Assembly (NCBI GenBank): GCA_037134355.1
Contig: JBAXMJ010000003.1
Span: 3,497 to 67,496, forward strand
Source of the DNA: a bacterium
GTDB taxonomy: Bacteria > Verrucomicrobiota > Kiritimatiellia > CAIKKV01 > CAITUY01
Direction of reading: 5' to 3'
DNA: 64,000 nt
The translations under genes were made by a program, and so were the position numbers. Under the pieces are notes generated by a model. It searched no databases. It was not told the DNA's origin and saw nothing but the letters and a program-made list of their open reading frames with translations. This document shows, one piece after another, positions 48,530 through 57,962 of the stretch (the stretch's first letter is position 1; each line of letters starts with the position of its first letter).

Positions 48530-49909
48530 TCAGAAGAATGAGATCTTCCGGGCGGGCACAACAATACGATCGCCGGTTTCCAGAACGATGTCGTCTTCCG
48601 GCTTGCCGTTGTTCATTAGTTTATCCCCATCAACCAAAAAGCTCTTTTCCGTTCCATCCTTGTTTCGCCGCACCACCGTGATCTGGTCCGCCTTTGCAAA
48701 ACGAGGCAACCCACCGATCTTGAACAGCAGGTACATCAACGTACAGGGCTCGTTTTCCGCAAACTCAATGACTCCCCGTCGCGGCACCTCGCCCAGCAAC
48801 ACGACACGCTTTCCGCCCGCACCGGCAGATCCGGCATTCCCAGGCACCCCCTGCGCCGTATCGGAAGCAGGCGTAAATAAATAGATCAGATCATCATTCC
48901 TGAGAAAAACATCAGGGACCTTCAACTGCCCGTCCTCTGTCACCAGAGACGAGACTTCACCTTCCGCCGCAGGACCAAAAGGTGTTTTCAAACCGCCGCG
49001 AACAATTTTTACCCGACAATTTTCCCGGTTTCCGCGAATGCCACCAGCCCGCCGAAGTGCATCGCTCAGCGAAATGGTGGCGCCCGGACCGATCTTGATG
49101 TCACCAGGCATCTCAACAGACCCCTGAACCCCGACCCGATCATACGACGCTTTGGCCAACTTGACCGATACGGTCGCATTTTTTAAATAACGTCCTTCGA
49201 GAACCCGCTTCACCTCGGCCTCGGCCTGCTCAATCGACATGTCCGGAAGAAACACCAGTCCCACATATCCGAAATCAATAGCAGAGGCATCATTAACCAT
49301 GTATTTCCCATTCAAGCTGGGATCCTCACTCACCGAAATCCACAACACCGAATCCGGCTGTATGGTGGGAATGGCCGGCTGGGGCGCAGGCTGCTTCGGA
49401 ATAGTCCCTCCCGCTGGTACAACCGGAGAAACCGCCACTGGCGCCGCCACTGGTACAGCCGCCGGTACACCCACCTGAACGACCACAGGCTCGGGCACAG
49501 ACTTGACTGAAATTAATGAGACCGGCACCGTGGCAGGACTAGGCGGAGCGGGCACCGGCTGCTGGGAAACTGAGACCGTGGCACCGGGCGCCGCCGATAC
49601 GGAAACCGCCGGGGCAACGGAAACAGAAGGAGGCGGTTGAGCCATCGAAACCGGAGGCGGCTGGGCGACAGAAACAGGCGAAGGTGTAGCGGGAACAGGG
49701 GCCGATACACCGGAATTTCCTGCTGAATTCTGCATCGCCTCAGCCAGAACTCCAGCAACATAATTATCTTCAGACGAAGGGGTTACACATCCTGACGTCA
49801 GAAAAAAACCGACGAAAATGACACAAAGCAAGGTCGGAATAAAGCAAAACCGCCCCCTCTTTTTTTTGTGACCAATTTGACGATTCATAGGAAAAACAGG
49901 CTTCACCAT
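48530..49909 (-). CDS. wza: Outer-membrane polysaccharide export lipoprotein (Wza-like) with a Pro/Val/Ala-rich linker
   Basis: Lipoprotein signal (...FLTSGC). Poly_export/SLBB-like region (IGPGATISLSDALRRAGGI, GDRIVVPA). Long low-complexity P/V/A/S segment. Confidence 0.75.
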   Translation of the reverse strand: MVKPVFPMNRQIGHKKKRGRFCFIPTLLCVIFVGFFLTSGCVTPSSEDNYVAGVLAEAMQNSAGNSGVSAPVPATPSPVSVAQPPPVSMAQPPPSVSVAPAVSVSAAPGATVSVSQQPVPAPPSPATVPVSLISVKSVPEPVVVQVGVPAAVPVAAPVAVSPVVPAGGTIPKQPAPQPAIPTIQPDSVLWISVSEDPSLNGKYMVNDASAIDFGYVGLVFLPDMSIEQAEAEVKRVLEGRYLKNATVSVKLAKASYDRVGVQGSVEMPGDIKIGPGATISLSDALRRAGGIRGNRENCRVKIVRGGLKTPFGPAAEGEVSSLVTEDGQLKVPDVFLRNDDLIYLFTPASDTAQGVPGNAGSAGAGGKRVVLLGEVPRRGVIEFAENEPCTLMYLLFKIGGLPRFAKADQITVVRRNKDGTEKSFLVDGDKLMNNGKPEDDIVLETGDRIVVPARKISFF

Positions 49910-50021
49910 TTGAAAGCCGATTCCAGTCCTCCGCTAAAGAAACAACTCCCCCGCCTAATAATCAATGGCGAATCTAAAACTTAACACCCTTACCTGTCAA
50001 CGCGAAATATCGCTAAAAACT

Positions 50022-53000
50022 TTAAAACCACCCTGTTTGCTCGCGTTCACGCCGGGTCATCTCATCCTGAAGTTCGCGCGCCCGGACGTCCATGGCGGCG
50101 GATCGTTCGGGGCTTTTCATGATCAGGGCTAAACTTTCACGGGCATCCTTGTATTTTCCAAGCCGGATCTGGGCTTCAGCGGCGTTCAAATACACTTCGA
50201 GCCACGCATACTCCCCTTTTTTCACCATCGTCAGCGCTTTCTTCATGTACACTTCCGCCTGTTGAAGATCGCCCATCCTCATGAAAACAAGGGCAGCCGT
50301 GTCATAAATAGCGAAATCATCCCGCTTGGCTTTTATCAATTCGGGCAGCAAGGCCGCTGCTTCTCCGACATACAGGGGATCCTGAGCCAGGGTAAAAATC
50401 AAGTTGTTCAGGACATTCACATCGTCAGGATACTTGGTTCGGCATGATTTCAGGATCTTCGCCGCGCGCGACAGGTTTCCTTCCCTCCGTGCCGCCTCGG
50501 CCGCCAGCAAATAGGTTCGGGGCAAGGCCTGCTTCTTCCCCTCTTCCCGGGCCAAAGCGTCCTCAAGAACTCCCAACGCTCGATCTGTCTGGCCTTTCCG
50601 GAAATAGACTTCGCCCAATTGTGCCGCCCAGATTCCCTCCTGGGGATAACGGGAGGCCAGTCCTTCCAAGGCTCGAATGACATCCGGATCGACCAGTCCT
50701 GACTGACCCTTGATCCCTATAATGATCTTGTAGAAGGGCCAGGGCTCCAGCGCCTGCTCTGTCCCCGCACGTGCGCAGGCCAATGCCCAGGGATAATCCT
50801 TGATCTTGACTGCCGCCATTACACCCAGCACCGTGGCCGGAAGCAGGCCCCGTCCCGATTTCATCGCTGCCCGGGCCGCCACACAGGCCGCATTCGTAAA
50901 ACCCTGCCGCAACCAGAAGTCTCCTGCCCGTACCAGAACCCCCGGCGAATGGGTTTTCTCCTCAACCGCCTTCTCGGCCTCACGGGACGCCCACTCCGCT
51001 CCTGCACCGCTGCGACCCATGGCCACCACATACCCCAACCAGAGCTCGCTATCCAGGGGACACGCCTTCACGGCCGCCCCGGCCAGAACCGCCCGTTTAC
51101 TTTCCGAACCGCTTGTAATGAGCTTGAGACGCCACAACAGGCTCCATCCAGGCATGGCGTCTAGTGCCTTTGAAATCACTTGATCCGCCTCGTTGGTTCG
51201 TCCCTGGCGGAGCAAAAGGAGTCCGAGCTCATTGAGCGCCACCGCCTTTCCCCGGGCATCCCGACCCACGGCATCCCAAGTTGATAAATCAGAGGTCGTT
51301 CCCGCTCCCCGGCTGTCATACCACGCCGCCTTGACGCGATTAAGCGCCTTCAGGAAAGGCGCCTGATGAGGCTTGATCGCCTTTCGTTCACGCTCATAGT
51401 CCGCCTCCTGAATACGCCCGCCCCGCCAATCCAAAACCCCCTCGGCGGGCGGGAGAAGCTCGGTCTGTTTTTTAGGAACCGGGACATCCCCGAGATTCTC
51501 AATCAGAACCAATTTCTGCCCTTCCATCACCCGCCCTGTTTCCATCAATAACTTGGATCGGATAACCGCATGCGCGGGGTTTTTCATCTGGTTGACCACA
51601 AATAGGGCTTCCTCCCAGAATCCAAAAAAGCTCCACATCCCGGACATGGCCAGGGACCATTCCTCGGATTCCGGGTAATCCCGGCGTGCCTCCTCCATGC
51701 ACCCCATGGCATAGGCACCCAAATCCAGCGCCATCGCCGCATTCGCCAGATCCAGCCAGACGACCAGCGGGGGATGCGACTCCACCCGGACAAACTCACT
51801 CAGGATTTCAAAGTTGGCTTCCCAGTTTGACTGAGCCTTGTACAACTCGGAATGCGCCAAAAGAAAATCACGATGCTGACGGGGCGCCTTCGTTTCAAAT
51901 TCCATCAACTTGGCATGCGCCTCATCCCACCGCCCCAATTCACCCAAGACCCTGCCCCATAATAATTGCAGTCTTAAATCCAGCTTCTTCCCGGATTCCA
52001 TCTTTACGAGAGCCTCCAGACACAACTTCAGTCGTCGCTGGTATCCCTCCCGGGTGATAATCCCACCCAACTCGTCTGCCAACGGAATGTCCGCCCACAA
52101 TTCTTTCCAAGGCGACGTCCGGCCCGCAAATTGGAGAAAAGGTTTGATATCCACCAGATCCTTACTGGATCCCGCTATTCCAATCACATCATGCTGAAAC
52201 AGGAACCATTTTCGCCCATACTCTGCGGGGGCAATCAACAACATCGGATCGTCCGGGGCCAGGGTTTCCAGGCACCGGTAGGCAATCCACCCGAGATCGG
52301 GCCGCCCAATGGCAAAGGCACCATCCATCGCCAGGGTTAACTCAACAGGTCTCAATTGCTTCACATTGGAGAGAAAGAGCGCCTCGAAACGTCCCACCCA
52401 CTCCGGGATCGCCCATTCCCGTGTCACGCGAATCACGGAGTTCAGAAAAATCGGATTGGTCTCGCGCCCCTTCATGGCCCGTCTCAAAACATTGGCCGCT
52501 GCCGATGTATTATTGATTCTCAACCAGGCCTCCGCCGCAATCACTCCCTGAAGCGGGGTTGCGTAAGGCAACTCGGAATCGGACAGACGGATGGATTCCC
52601 AGAGATCCCGGGACGCCATGTAGGGAAACAAATTTCGGATTGCCTCCTGCGTCCCCACCCCGCGCGCCGCCTTGACGACATAGGGCCCAACTTCAGATGG
52701 TTTGTCCAGATACGCATTGAACTCGGCCAGCACCATGGACACGCCGGACAGATTTCGCGACTCCACAGGAAACGCGGCAACCACCTCCGAAACCTCCGGG
52801 ATCCGCTTCAACTCCAACAAGGCACGAGCTTCCAATACCCGCTCCGTCAGGCTCCTCGTCTGACTGGGTTTGCGACGAATGATCCTCAATCCCTCCTCCG
52901 GCTTTCCCTGCCCCATCTTGATCCGGGCCAGATCCACCATCAGTTCGTCATCGTCCGGGTCCATCGTTAGGGCCGCTTGAGCCGCGCGCTGCGCATTTTC

Positions 53001-54062
53001 AAAATCGCCTGTCGCGATCAAACCCTGCATCACGCCCCGGATCATCTCCATCCGGTGATGCGGCCGCAATCGATATCCAGCGGCAAGCACCAGAATGGCC
53101 GTCACCAACACAAGCAAAACAGGCTTCCACCATTGAAAAATAATCCTCCAGATCGTGGGCCACCGGAGAATCTTCTCGTCATCCTCCCCCACCAGATCAT
53201 TTACCTCCGCCAAATTGCGAATTCGTTCCCGGGCGTGAAGCCATTGTCGGATCAGTATGGCATCCAGATGGATAAGCGCCACCGCCAAAAGCAGGAAAAT
53301 ACCCATCGTGTCATGCAGAATCTTTTCATTCCAATCGGGGGGTTTATCCATCCCGATCCAGACGATCCCGGCAATCCGGATGACATTCAGGGCCACCACT
53401 TGAATCATGCCGAGCACCAGCAGGGCGATCATCCGCCAGAACTTAAGCCGCATCAACAGGCCGACGCCCACCCCGCAAAACATGACCGTAATCGCGGTCT
53501 TCATCCCGCTGCACGCTTCCGGAACCCCGAACACCCGGCCACCCGTCCTGAGAACAAACCCATCCCCCCAGACCCGTACATTGAAGATCTGCAGCACTCC
53601 CTCACTCAGCTTCACGGAAATCCATTGTATTCCCATTTGGAGCGGTCCGAAAAGCTGACTGGGCAACGGATGAATCCAGTACACCAGGCACAGGGCAAAA
53701 ATCAGATCCTTTCCATAACGCCGGGGTAGCGCCCAGGCCAGCGCGGCATAGAGAACCATCAGGATTCCCAACCACTCGAACTGGTGCACGGGAATGATCA
53801 GGCCAACCAAAGAAAACACCATCCCTCCCGCTCCCAGCACCCCGAGAGCCCACCCTGGAAGCTTGATGCCTTCTCCTTCGGGCTTGGATCTAAAAATCAG
53901 GGCAGTCGCGAACAGAGACCCCAGGAAAAAAGCCAGAACTCCGTTCTGGCCGTCTGCCAATCGGGGAAGATTGGCCCAGGCCCAGGAAGCCATCAGCACC
54001 ACAGCTGAAAAAAACACCGCCCGATGCCGGGTCAACATGGTTTTGGGTTGATCAGAAGTCAT
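50022..54062 (-). CDS. Exosortase (EpsH/XrtA-like 8-TM domain with a VPEACSG motif) fused to a ~1000-aa TPR-repeat domain
   Basis: The N-terminal ~300 aa are polytopic and carry the exosortase signature ...GGRVFGVPEACSGMKT and a conserved Arg (NVIRIAGIVWIG). The remainder is TPR/Sel1-like helical repeats. 1346 aa. Confidence 0.75.
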   Translation of the reverse strand: MTSDQPKTMLTRHRAVFFSAVVLMASWAWANLPRLADGQNGVLAFFLGSLFATALIFRSKPEGEGIKLPGWALGVLGAGGMVFSLVGLIIPVHQFEWLGILMVLYAALAWALPRRYGKDLIFALCLVYWIHPLPSQLFGPLQMGIQWISVKLSEGVLQIFNVRVWGDGFVLRTGGRVFGVPEACSGMKTAITVMFCGVGVGLLMRLKFWRMIALLVLGMIQVVALNVIRIAGIVWIGMDKPPDWNEKILHDTMGIFLLLAVALIHLDAILIRQWLHARERIRNLAEVNDLVGEDDEKILRWPTIWRIIFQWWKPVLLVLVTAILVLAAGYRLRPHHRMEMIRGVMQGLIATGDFENAQRAAQAALTMDPDDDELMVDLARIKMGQGKPEEGLRIIRRKPSQTRSLTERVLEARALLELKRIPEVSEVVAAFPVESRNLSGVSMVLAEFNAYLDKPSEVGPYVVKAARGVGTQEAIRNLFPYMASRDLWESIRLSDSELPYATPLQGVIAAEAWLRINNTSAAANVLRRAMKGRETNPIFLNSVIRVTREWAIPEWVGRFEALFLSNVKQLRPVELTLAMDGAFAIGRPDLGWIAYRCLETLAPDDPMLLIAPAEYGRKWFLFQHDVIGIAGSSKDLVDIKPFLQFAGRTSPWKELWADIPLADELGGIITREGYQRRLKLCLEALVKMESGKKLDLRLQLLWGRVLGELGRWDEAHAKLMEFETKAPRQHRDFLLAHSELYKAQSNWEANFEILSEFVRVESHPPLVVWLDLANAAMALDLGAYAMGCMEEARRDYPESEEWSLAMSGMWSFFGFWEEALFVVNQMKNPAHAVIRSKLLMETGRVMEGQKLVLIENLGDVPVPKKQTELLPPAEGVLDWRGGRIQEADYERERKAIKPHQAPFLKALNRVKAAWYDSRGAGTTSDLSTWDAVGRDARGKAVALNELGLLLLRQGRTNEADQVISKALDAMPGWSLLWRLKLITSGSESKRAVLAGAAVKACPLDSELWLGYVVAMGRSGAGAEWASREAEKAVEEKTHSPGVLVRAGDFWLRQGFTNAACVAARAAMKSGRGLLPATVLGVMAAVKIKDYPWALACARAGTEQALEPWPFYKIIIGIKGQSGLVDPDVIRALEGLASRYPQEGIWAAQLGEVYFRKGQTDRALGVLEDALAREEGKKQALPRTYLLAAEAARREGNLSRAAKILKSCRTKYPDDVNVLNNLIFTLAQDPLYVGEAAALLPELIKAKRDDFAIYDTAALVFMRMGDLQQAEVYMKKALTMVKKGEYAWLEVYLNAAEAQIRLGKYKDARESLALIMKSPERSAAMDVRARELQDEMTRREREQTGWF

Positions 54063-55617
54063 AATAATAACCCAAGGTCATTCCGACCGTATCCCGCGTT
54101 CCTGCAAGCTGGGCATTACTGCTGATTCGCTCCATATGTTCGACATAGGTGTACAGCTTCAGGCGTTTCGTCAGGGACTCGATCAACCCCACCGTTGTGG
54201 CCCAGGTATCATAATCATTACTCAGGAAGATATCCCCCTCCCCGATTTGCCCCTTCGATAATTTTCCGTTCGTGCGAATGACATAAGCCGAGGTCATGGT
54301 TAGCATGAGGTCCTTGGTAAGCGGACGCGATGCGGTAATCTGGTTCATCCAGTCCGTATAGGAATTTGCGGCTGCCAACTTCGGGGTCACATTCTCATAA
54401 CTCGAGGAAAAACCAATCGCCCAGGATTCGGGATCTGCCCACTGAATTTGGTAACGAATGGCATCCACAAGCTCAAAAGCGGCCATAAACCCGGCCCGCT
54501 GGGAACGCGCATATGAAATGCCATGGCTCGCGGATTCGGACAGCCGGGTCTGTATCCCGAAGCCCCCGATCACCTCATTGGAAACCCCGTTCGTTTCATA
54601 AAGCCCTGCCCCGCTTAAACTGGCCATACTGTATCCCAATGAACAATTAATGGAGGTATTTTCGGTAAGATCCGAGTTCATGAACCCCACATAATCCTGC
54701 TGAAACTCACTGCCACGCTTTTTGAGATAGTCGCGCCAGTAATAATCGGCCCGGGCTCCCACAGCGGTCAGGGGGTTGATTTGCTGGCGATATTCCAGCA
54801 TCTGGCGATAGACCACACTCCGACTGATGTCATAATTTTTGTTCTGCGGTAGCGTATCGATCCGGTTGAAGGTATACCCCATGCTTTTATCCGGCGCCAG
54901 TTGCCAATCCAAATCCATACCCAGTAAATTCTGGAATACCGGATAACGCTGCCCGCTCAAGTTTTCCGTATACCCCCGTGAGTCCACATAATCTGTGCGA
55001 TAGGACGGTTGATCATAGACCCGCCCCCGGACATAAGGAGTCAATTCGAAGTCCGAAGAAAAGTTGGCCGAAAATCCGGACTTTTGATTGCTGCCGTAAT
55101 ACGCCTGTGTATTCCGCCCGTTAAAGTTCCCCATCCAGCCATCCTTTGAGGCGCCTATCGTGAATGACCCCATCTCGGCATAGACTCCGGGCGCCACATC
55201 AAAGGTATTCTCCTCGGATCCCATCGGGAAACAGCGATAGGTCAGCGCAAAGGAAACCTCCACACTCAGCGACTTGCTCAGGATCAGGTAATTCTGGGCC
55301 GTCAACTGAGAAACCAACGGGTAATCCAGTCCGTCCTTTAGAATCCGGCCGTATTGCTTGTTTTGACTGGAACCGGATCCTCCCCCGTATATATAATCCA
55401 TCCCTGCCCCGCTGCTTTTGATATAGCGGATTCCCACAGATTGAAACATAGCCAGATCCGAGTAGAAGGGGCCCACCATGATGTTGGCATTTTCCGGAAT
55501 GGAGCCCAGTTGGTAGGAATCAAAACGAGAAACCTGAGAGAGTGCGGGCCCCGCTCCAAGCCCCATCACCATTATCAGGAACACGATCCCGTATTTCGCT
55601 TCGCGTTTCAAATCCAT
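54052..55617 (-). CDS. Predicted outer-membrane beta-barrel protein associated with the EPS/exosortase locus
   Basis: Signal peptide (start set at the Met preceded by a GGGGGA SD). Tyr/Gly/Ser-rich alternating pattern and a C-terminal aromatic residue (...LGYYYDF). The ORF extends to 55758. Confidence 0.5.
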   Translation of the reverse strand: MDLKREAKYGIVFLIMVMGLGAGPALSQVSRFDSYQLGSIPENANIMVGPFYSDLAMFQSVGIRYIKSSGAGMDYIYGGGSGSSQNKQYGRILKDGLDYPLVSQLTAQNYLILSKSLSVEVSFALTYRCFPMGSEENTFDVAPGVYAEMGSFTIGASKDGWMGNFNGRNTQAYYGSNQKSGFSANFSSDFELTPYVRGRVYDQPSYRTDYVDSRGYTENLSGQRYPVFQNLLGMDLDWQLAPDKSMGYTFNRIDTLPQNKNYDISRSVVYRQMLEYRQQINPLTAVGARADYYWRDYLKKRGSEFQQDYVGFMNSDLTENTSINCSLGYSMASLSGAGLYETNGVSNEVIGGFGIQTRLSESASHGISYARSQRAGFMAAFELVDAIRYQIQWADPESWAIGFSSSYENVTPKLAAANSYTDWMNQITASRPLTKDLMLTMTSAYVIRTNGKLSKGQIGEGDIFLSNDYDTWATTVGLIESLTKRLKLYTYVEHMERISSNAQLAGTRDTVGMTLGYYYDF

Positions 55618-55717
55618 GGAATGAGTCCCCCTATTTATGTACAACCTGATTTTTACTGCCCCCCCCTCATCGAAGCAAGCTGATAGTGAAGGAAGGACAC
55701 GGGTCAGCGACGAAGGC

Positions 55718-56602
55718 CTACTTCCTCCACTGCTGGAGTTGGCTGAGTACAGCGGCATGGGTGGTCAACAGATCCTGCAAAATCGCCGCTTCATTCGCGG
55801 GGGTCACATCCGGCGCGACACTGCGGGTGACATAGGACAACAGCTCCTCGCTTCCATAAGCGGGTTTGCGTAGCCGCAGAAATGTCAACCAATCCCATCG
55901 TGACCCATCCCAGCGCGACCGCCACCACCGCCGAACCCCCTCGCCCGGATGCCTGAGGTCCTCCATCCTGAACCCGCGCGGTACCCAATTGGGATCATCC
56001 GGCGTCTCCACACGCGGAAACGCCATGGAACAAATGTCCTCCTGAGTCGGCTTAAAGTCCCCGGCCCGGATCATGGTGGTCACCCAGAGTGAAACCGAGC
56101 CCGCGCCGGAAGTAAGCCGCCAAAGCTGAATAGGGAGAGCAGTTGTTAAGTTACTGGGTTGCTGGGTTGATGAGGAAAGAGAGCGAAATGCGGATTGAAG
56201 CTTGGGGTCTGAAACAGCTCGGATCCCGTGATCCTGAATTTTTTCAACGGTGTAGTACTTGATCCTCATGCACATGGGCATGTTATAGCCGTGGACCAGG
56301 CGGATAAAATAGCGCGGAACAGGGCCGCCTGAAGCGGACTCCCCGACCAGTTCCAAACCCATGATGTTTGGATCCGTCGGGTTTTCAGTATCAATCGATT
56401 TCGCCCGTATCGCCCAACCCGGAATCTCGGGCTGGAAATCTGCGATGTCCCCGGCCCTGAGCGCATAACCCTTCCCGGGTCGGGCACTCCGTTCGGCCAT
56501 TACCAGCCAAAACGCAAGCAACAAACACCCGCACACCAGCAGGATAGGCACCAGAGTGGATCGAATTTTCCGAATGGGTGAATTATGAGTATCGAAATTC
56601 AT
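55718..56602 (-). CDS. Membrane-anchored periplasmic protein, candidate EpsI-like exosortase-associated protein
   Basis: Single N-terminal TM (LVPILLVCGCLLLAFWLVMA) and a ~260-aa periplasmic region. It sits between the EpsD-like PPIase and the OMP gene. Family assignment is inferred from context only. Confidence 0.3.
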   Translation of the reverse strand: MNFDTHNSPIRKIRSTLVPILLVCGCLLLAFWLVMAERSARPGKGYALRAGDIADFQPEIPGWAIRAKSIDTENPTDPNIMGLELVGESASGGPVPRYFIRLVHGYNMPMCMRIKYYTVEKIQDHGIRAVSDPKLQSAFRSLSSSTQQPSNLTTALPIQLWRLTSGAGSVSLWVTTMIRAGDFKPTQEDICSMAFPRVETPDDPNWVPRGFRMEDLRHPGEGVRRWWRSRWDGSRWDWLTFLRLRKPAYGSEELLSYVTRSVAPDVTPANEAAILQDLLTTHAAVLSQLQQWRK

Positions 56603-56629
56603 ACTTCATAACTCCCCCTTCACCTTATC

Positions 56630-57730
56630 TTATTCCCCCTGCATCATCTGCATGGGCATTTCAGGGGCAGGCTTCGCGAGATCGGAATAGGTGATCTTGG
56701 CGTCCTTCTTCAACTTTGCCGTAAACGCCTCGAACAATTCCATCTGCTTCTGCTGTTTCAGATGCTCCATCAACTTGTCCTTGACCTCCGCCAACGGCGT
56801 GGTCTTGCCAGCCTCATGGGCGGTCACCTGGATGATATGGAATCCGAACTGGGTTTCAACAACCGGGCCGACGGCATTGGTCGCCTGGCTGAAGGCGGCA
56901 TCCTCAAAGGCCTTGACCATCTGGCCGCGGGGGAAAGATCCCAGATCGCCACCGCGCTCTTTGCTGGGACAATCGGAATTCTCCTTCGCGAGTTTCTCGA
57001 AATCAGCACCTTCGACCAATTGCTTGCGCAGGCCCTCGATCTTGGCCTTCTTCTCCGCCTTCACGGTGTCGGCATCCGTCGCCTCGGTCTTGATCAGGAT
57101 ATGGCGCGCGGAAACCGTCTCGGGCTGCACGAATCGTTCCTTCTGCTCGTCATAGAACTTGGCCACATCCGCATCCGTCACGACGGAATTGGTGGGAACT
57201 TCGGATTCAACAAGCAACTTGATCCGGATCTCGCCAACCAGATTCGACCGCAGCGAAGCCAGTGTCATGTTCTCGCGCTTCAGGACATCCTCGATGGTCA
57301 GATCCTTGGGCAACCGGGTCTTGATCATGGCGATCGCCTCATCCACATCCTTGTCGGTTCCCTTGATCTTGCGCTTATCGGCCTCCTGGTTGAGCAGGGA
57401 GCGAATGACAAAGCGTTCGGCAGCCTGCTGGCGAAAACGGCCCATCATGGCTTCCATCTGGCCGGGTTGCATCTGGGCGGCCTGGGGGCCAAGCATGGAT
57501 ATGATCTGCTTGTCGGCTTCACCGACCGTAAGCTTCTCATCGCCTACCGCAACGAGGACAGTGGCAGGATCAACGGAAGGGACTGCGGGAGCCTGAGCCA
57601 CAGCCGCCGGCTTACCGGCTGCGGGCTTTGTCGAATCCTTGACAGCGGCCTTGTCCGCCTTGTTGCATCCGGCACCAAACGCCACAGCCACTCCGCCACA
57701 CACAACCGCAATCATTAATTTCTTAAACAT
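56630..57730 (-). CDS. Parvulin-type peptidyl-prolyl cis-trans isomerase lipoprotein (SurA/PrsA/EpsD-like)
   Basis: Lipobox (AFGAGC). PpiC domain SARHILIK...GGDLGSFPRGQMVKAFEDAAFS...GFHIIQV. Confidence 0.8.
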   Translation of the reverse strand: MFKKLMIAVVCGGVAVAFGAGCNKADKAAVKDSTKPAAGKPAAVAQAPAVPSVDPATVLVAVGDEKLTVGEADKQIISMLGPQAAQMQPGQMEAMMGRFRQQAAERFVIRSLLNQEADKRKIKGTDKDVDEAIAMIKTRLPKDLTIEDVLKRENMTLASLRSNLVGEIRIKLLVESEVPTNSVVTDADVAKFYDEQKERFVQPETVSARHILIKTEATDADTVKAEKKAKIEGLRKQLVEGADFEKLAKENSDCPSKERGGDLGSFPRGQMVKAFEDAAFSQATNAVGPVVETQFGFHIIQVTAHEAGKTTPLAEVKDKLMEHLKQQKQMELFEAFTAKLKKDAKITYSDLAKPAPEMPMQMMQGE

Positions 57731-57799
57731 AGTTTCCTCTTTCTTTAATTTTTAAAAGCCTGACTTTATGACAAACCTCTACCCGGAAGCTAGAAAAAT

Positions 57800-57874
57800 T
57801 GGTGGCGGGAGTGGGAGTTGAACCCACGACCAACGGCTTATGAGTCCGCTGCTCTACCACTGAGCTATCCCGCC
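57800..57874 (-). tRNA. tRNA with CAU anticodon (Met, or Ile2 if lysidinylated)
   Basis: The reverse complement folds as GGCGGGA-TA-GCTC-AGTGGTA-GAGC...CTCATAA...GTGGG-TTCAACT-CCCAC-TCCCGCC-A-CCA. The anticodon stem has one mismatch. Confidence 0.7.
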
Positions 57875-57962
57875 CGAAAAAACGGCCATTAACATATTGA
57901 AAACCGTCGCCTCTGTCAACGGGACGGTGAGGAACGGGAAAAAGTAGACCGCCCTGTTCCTC

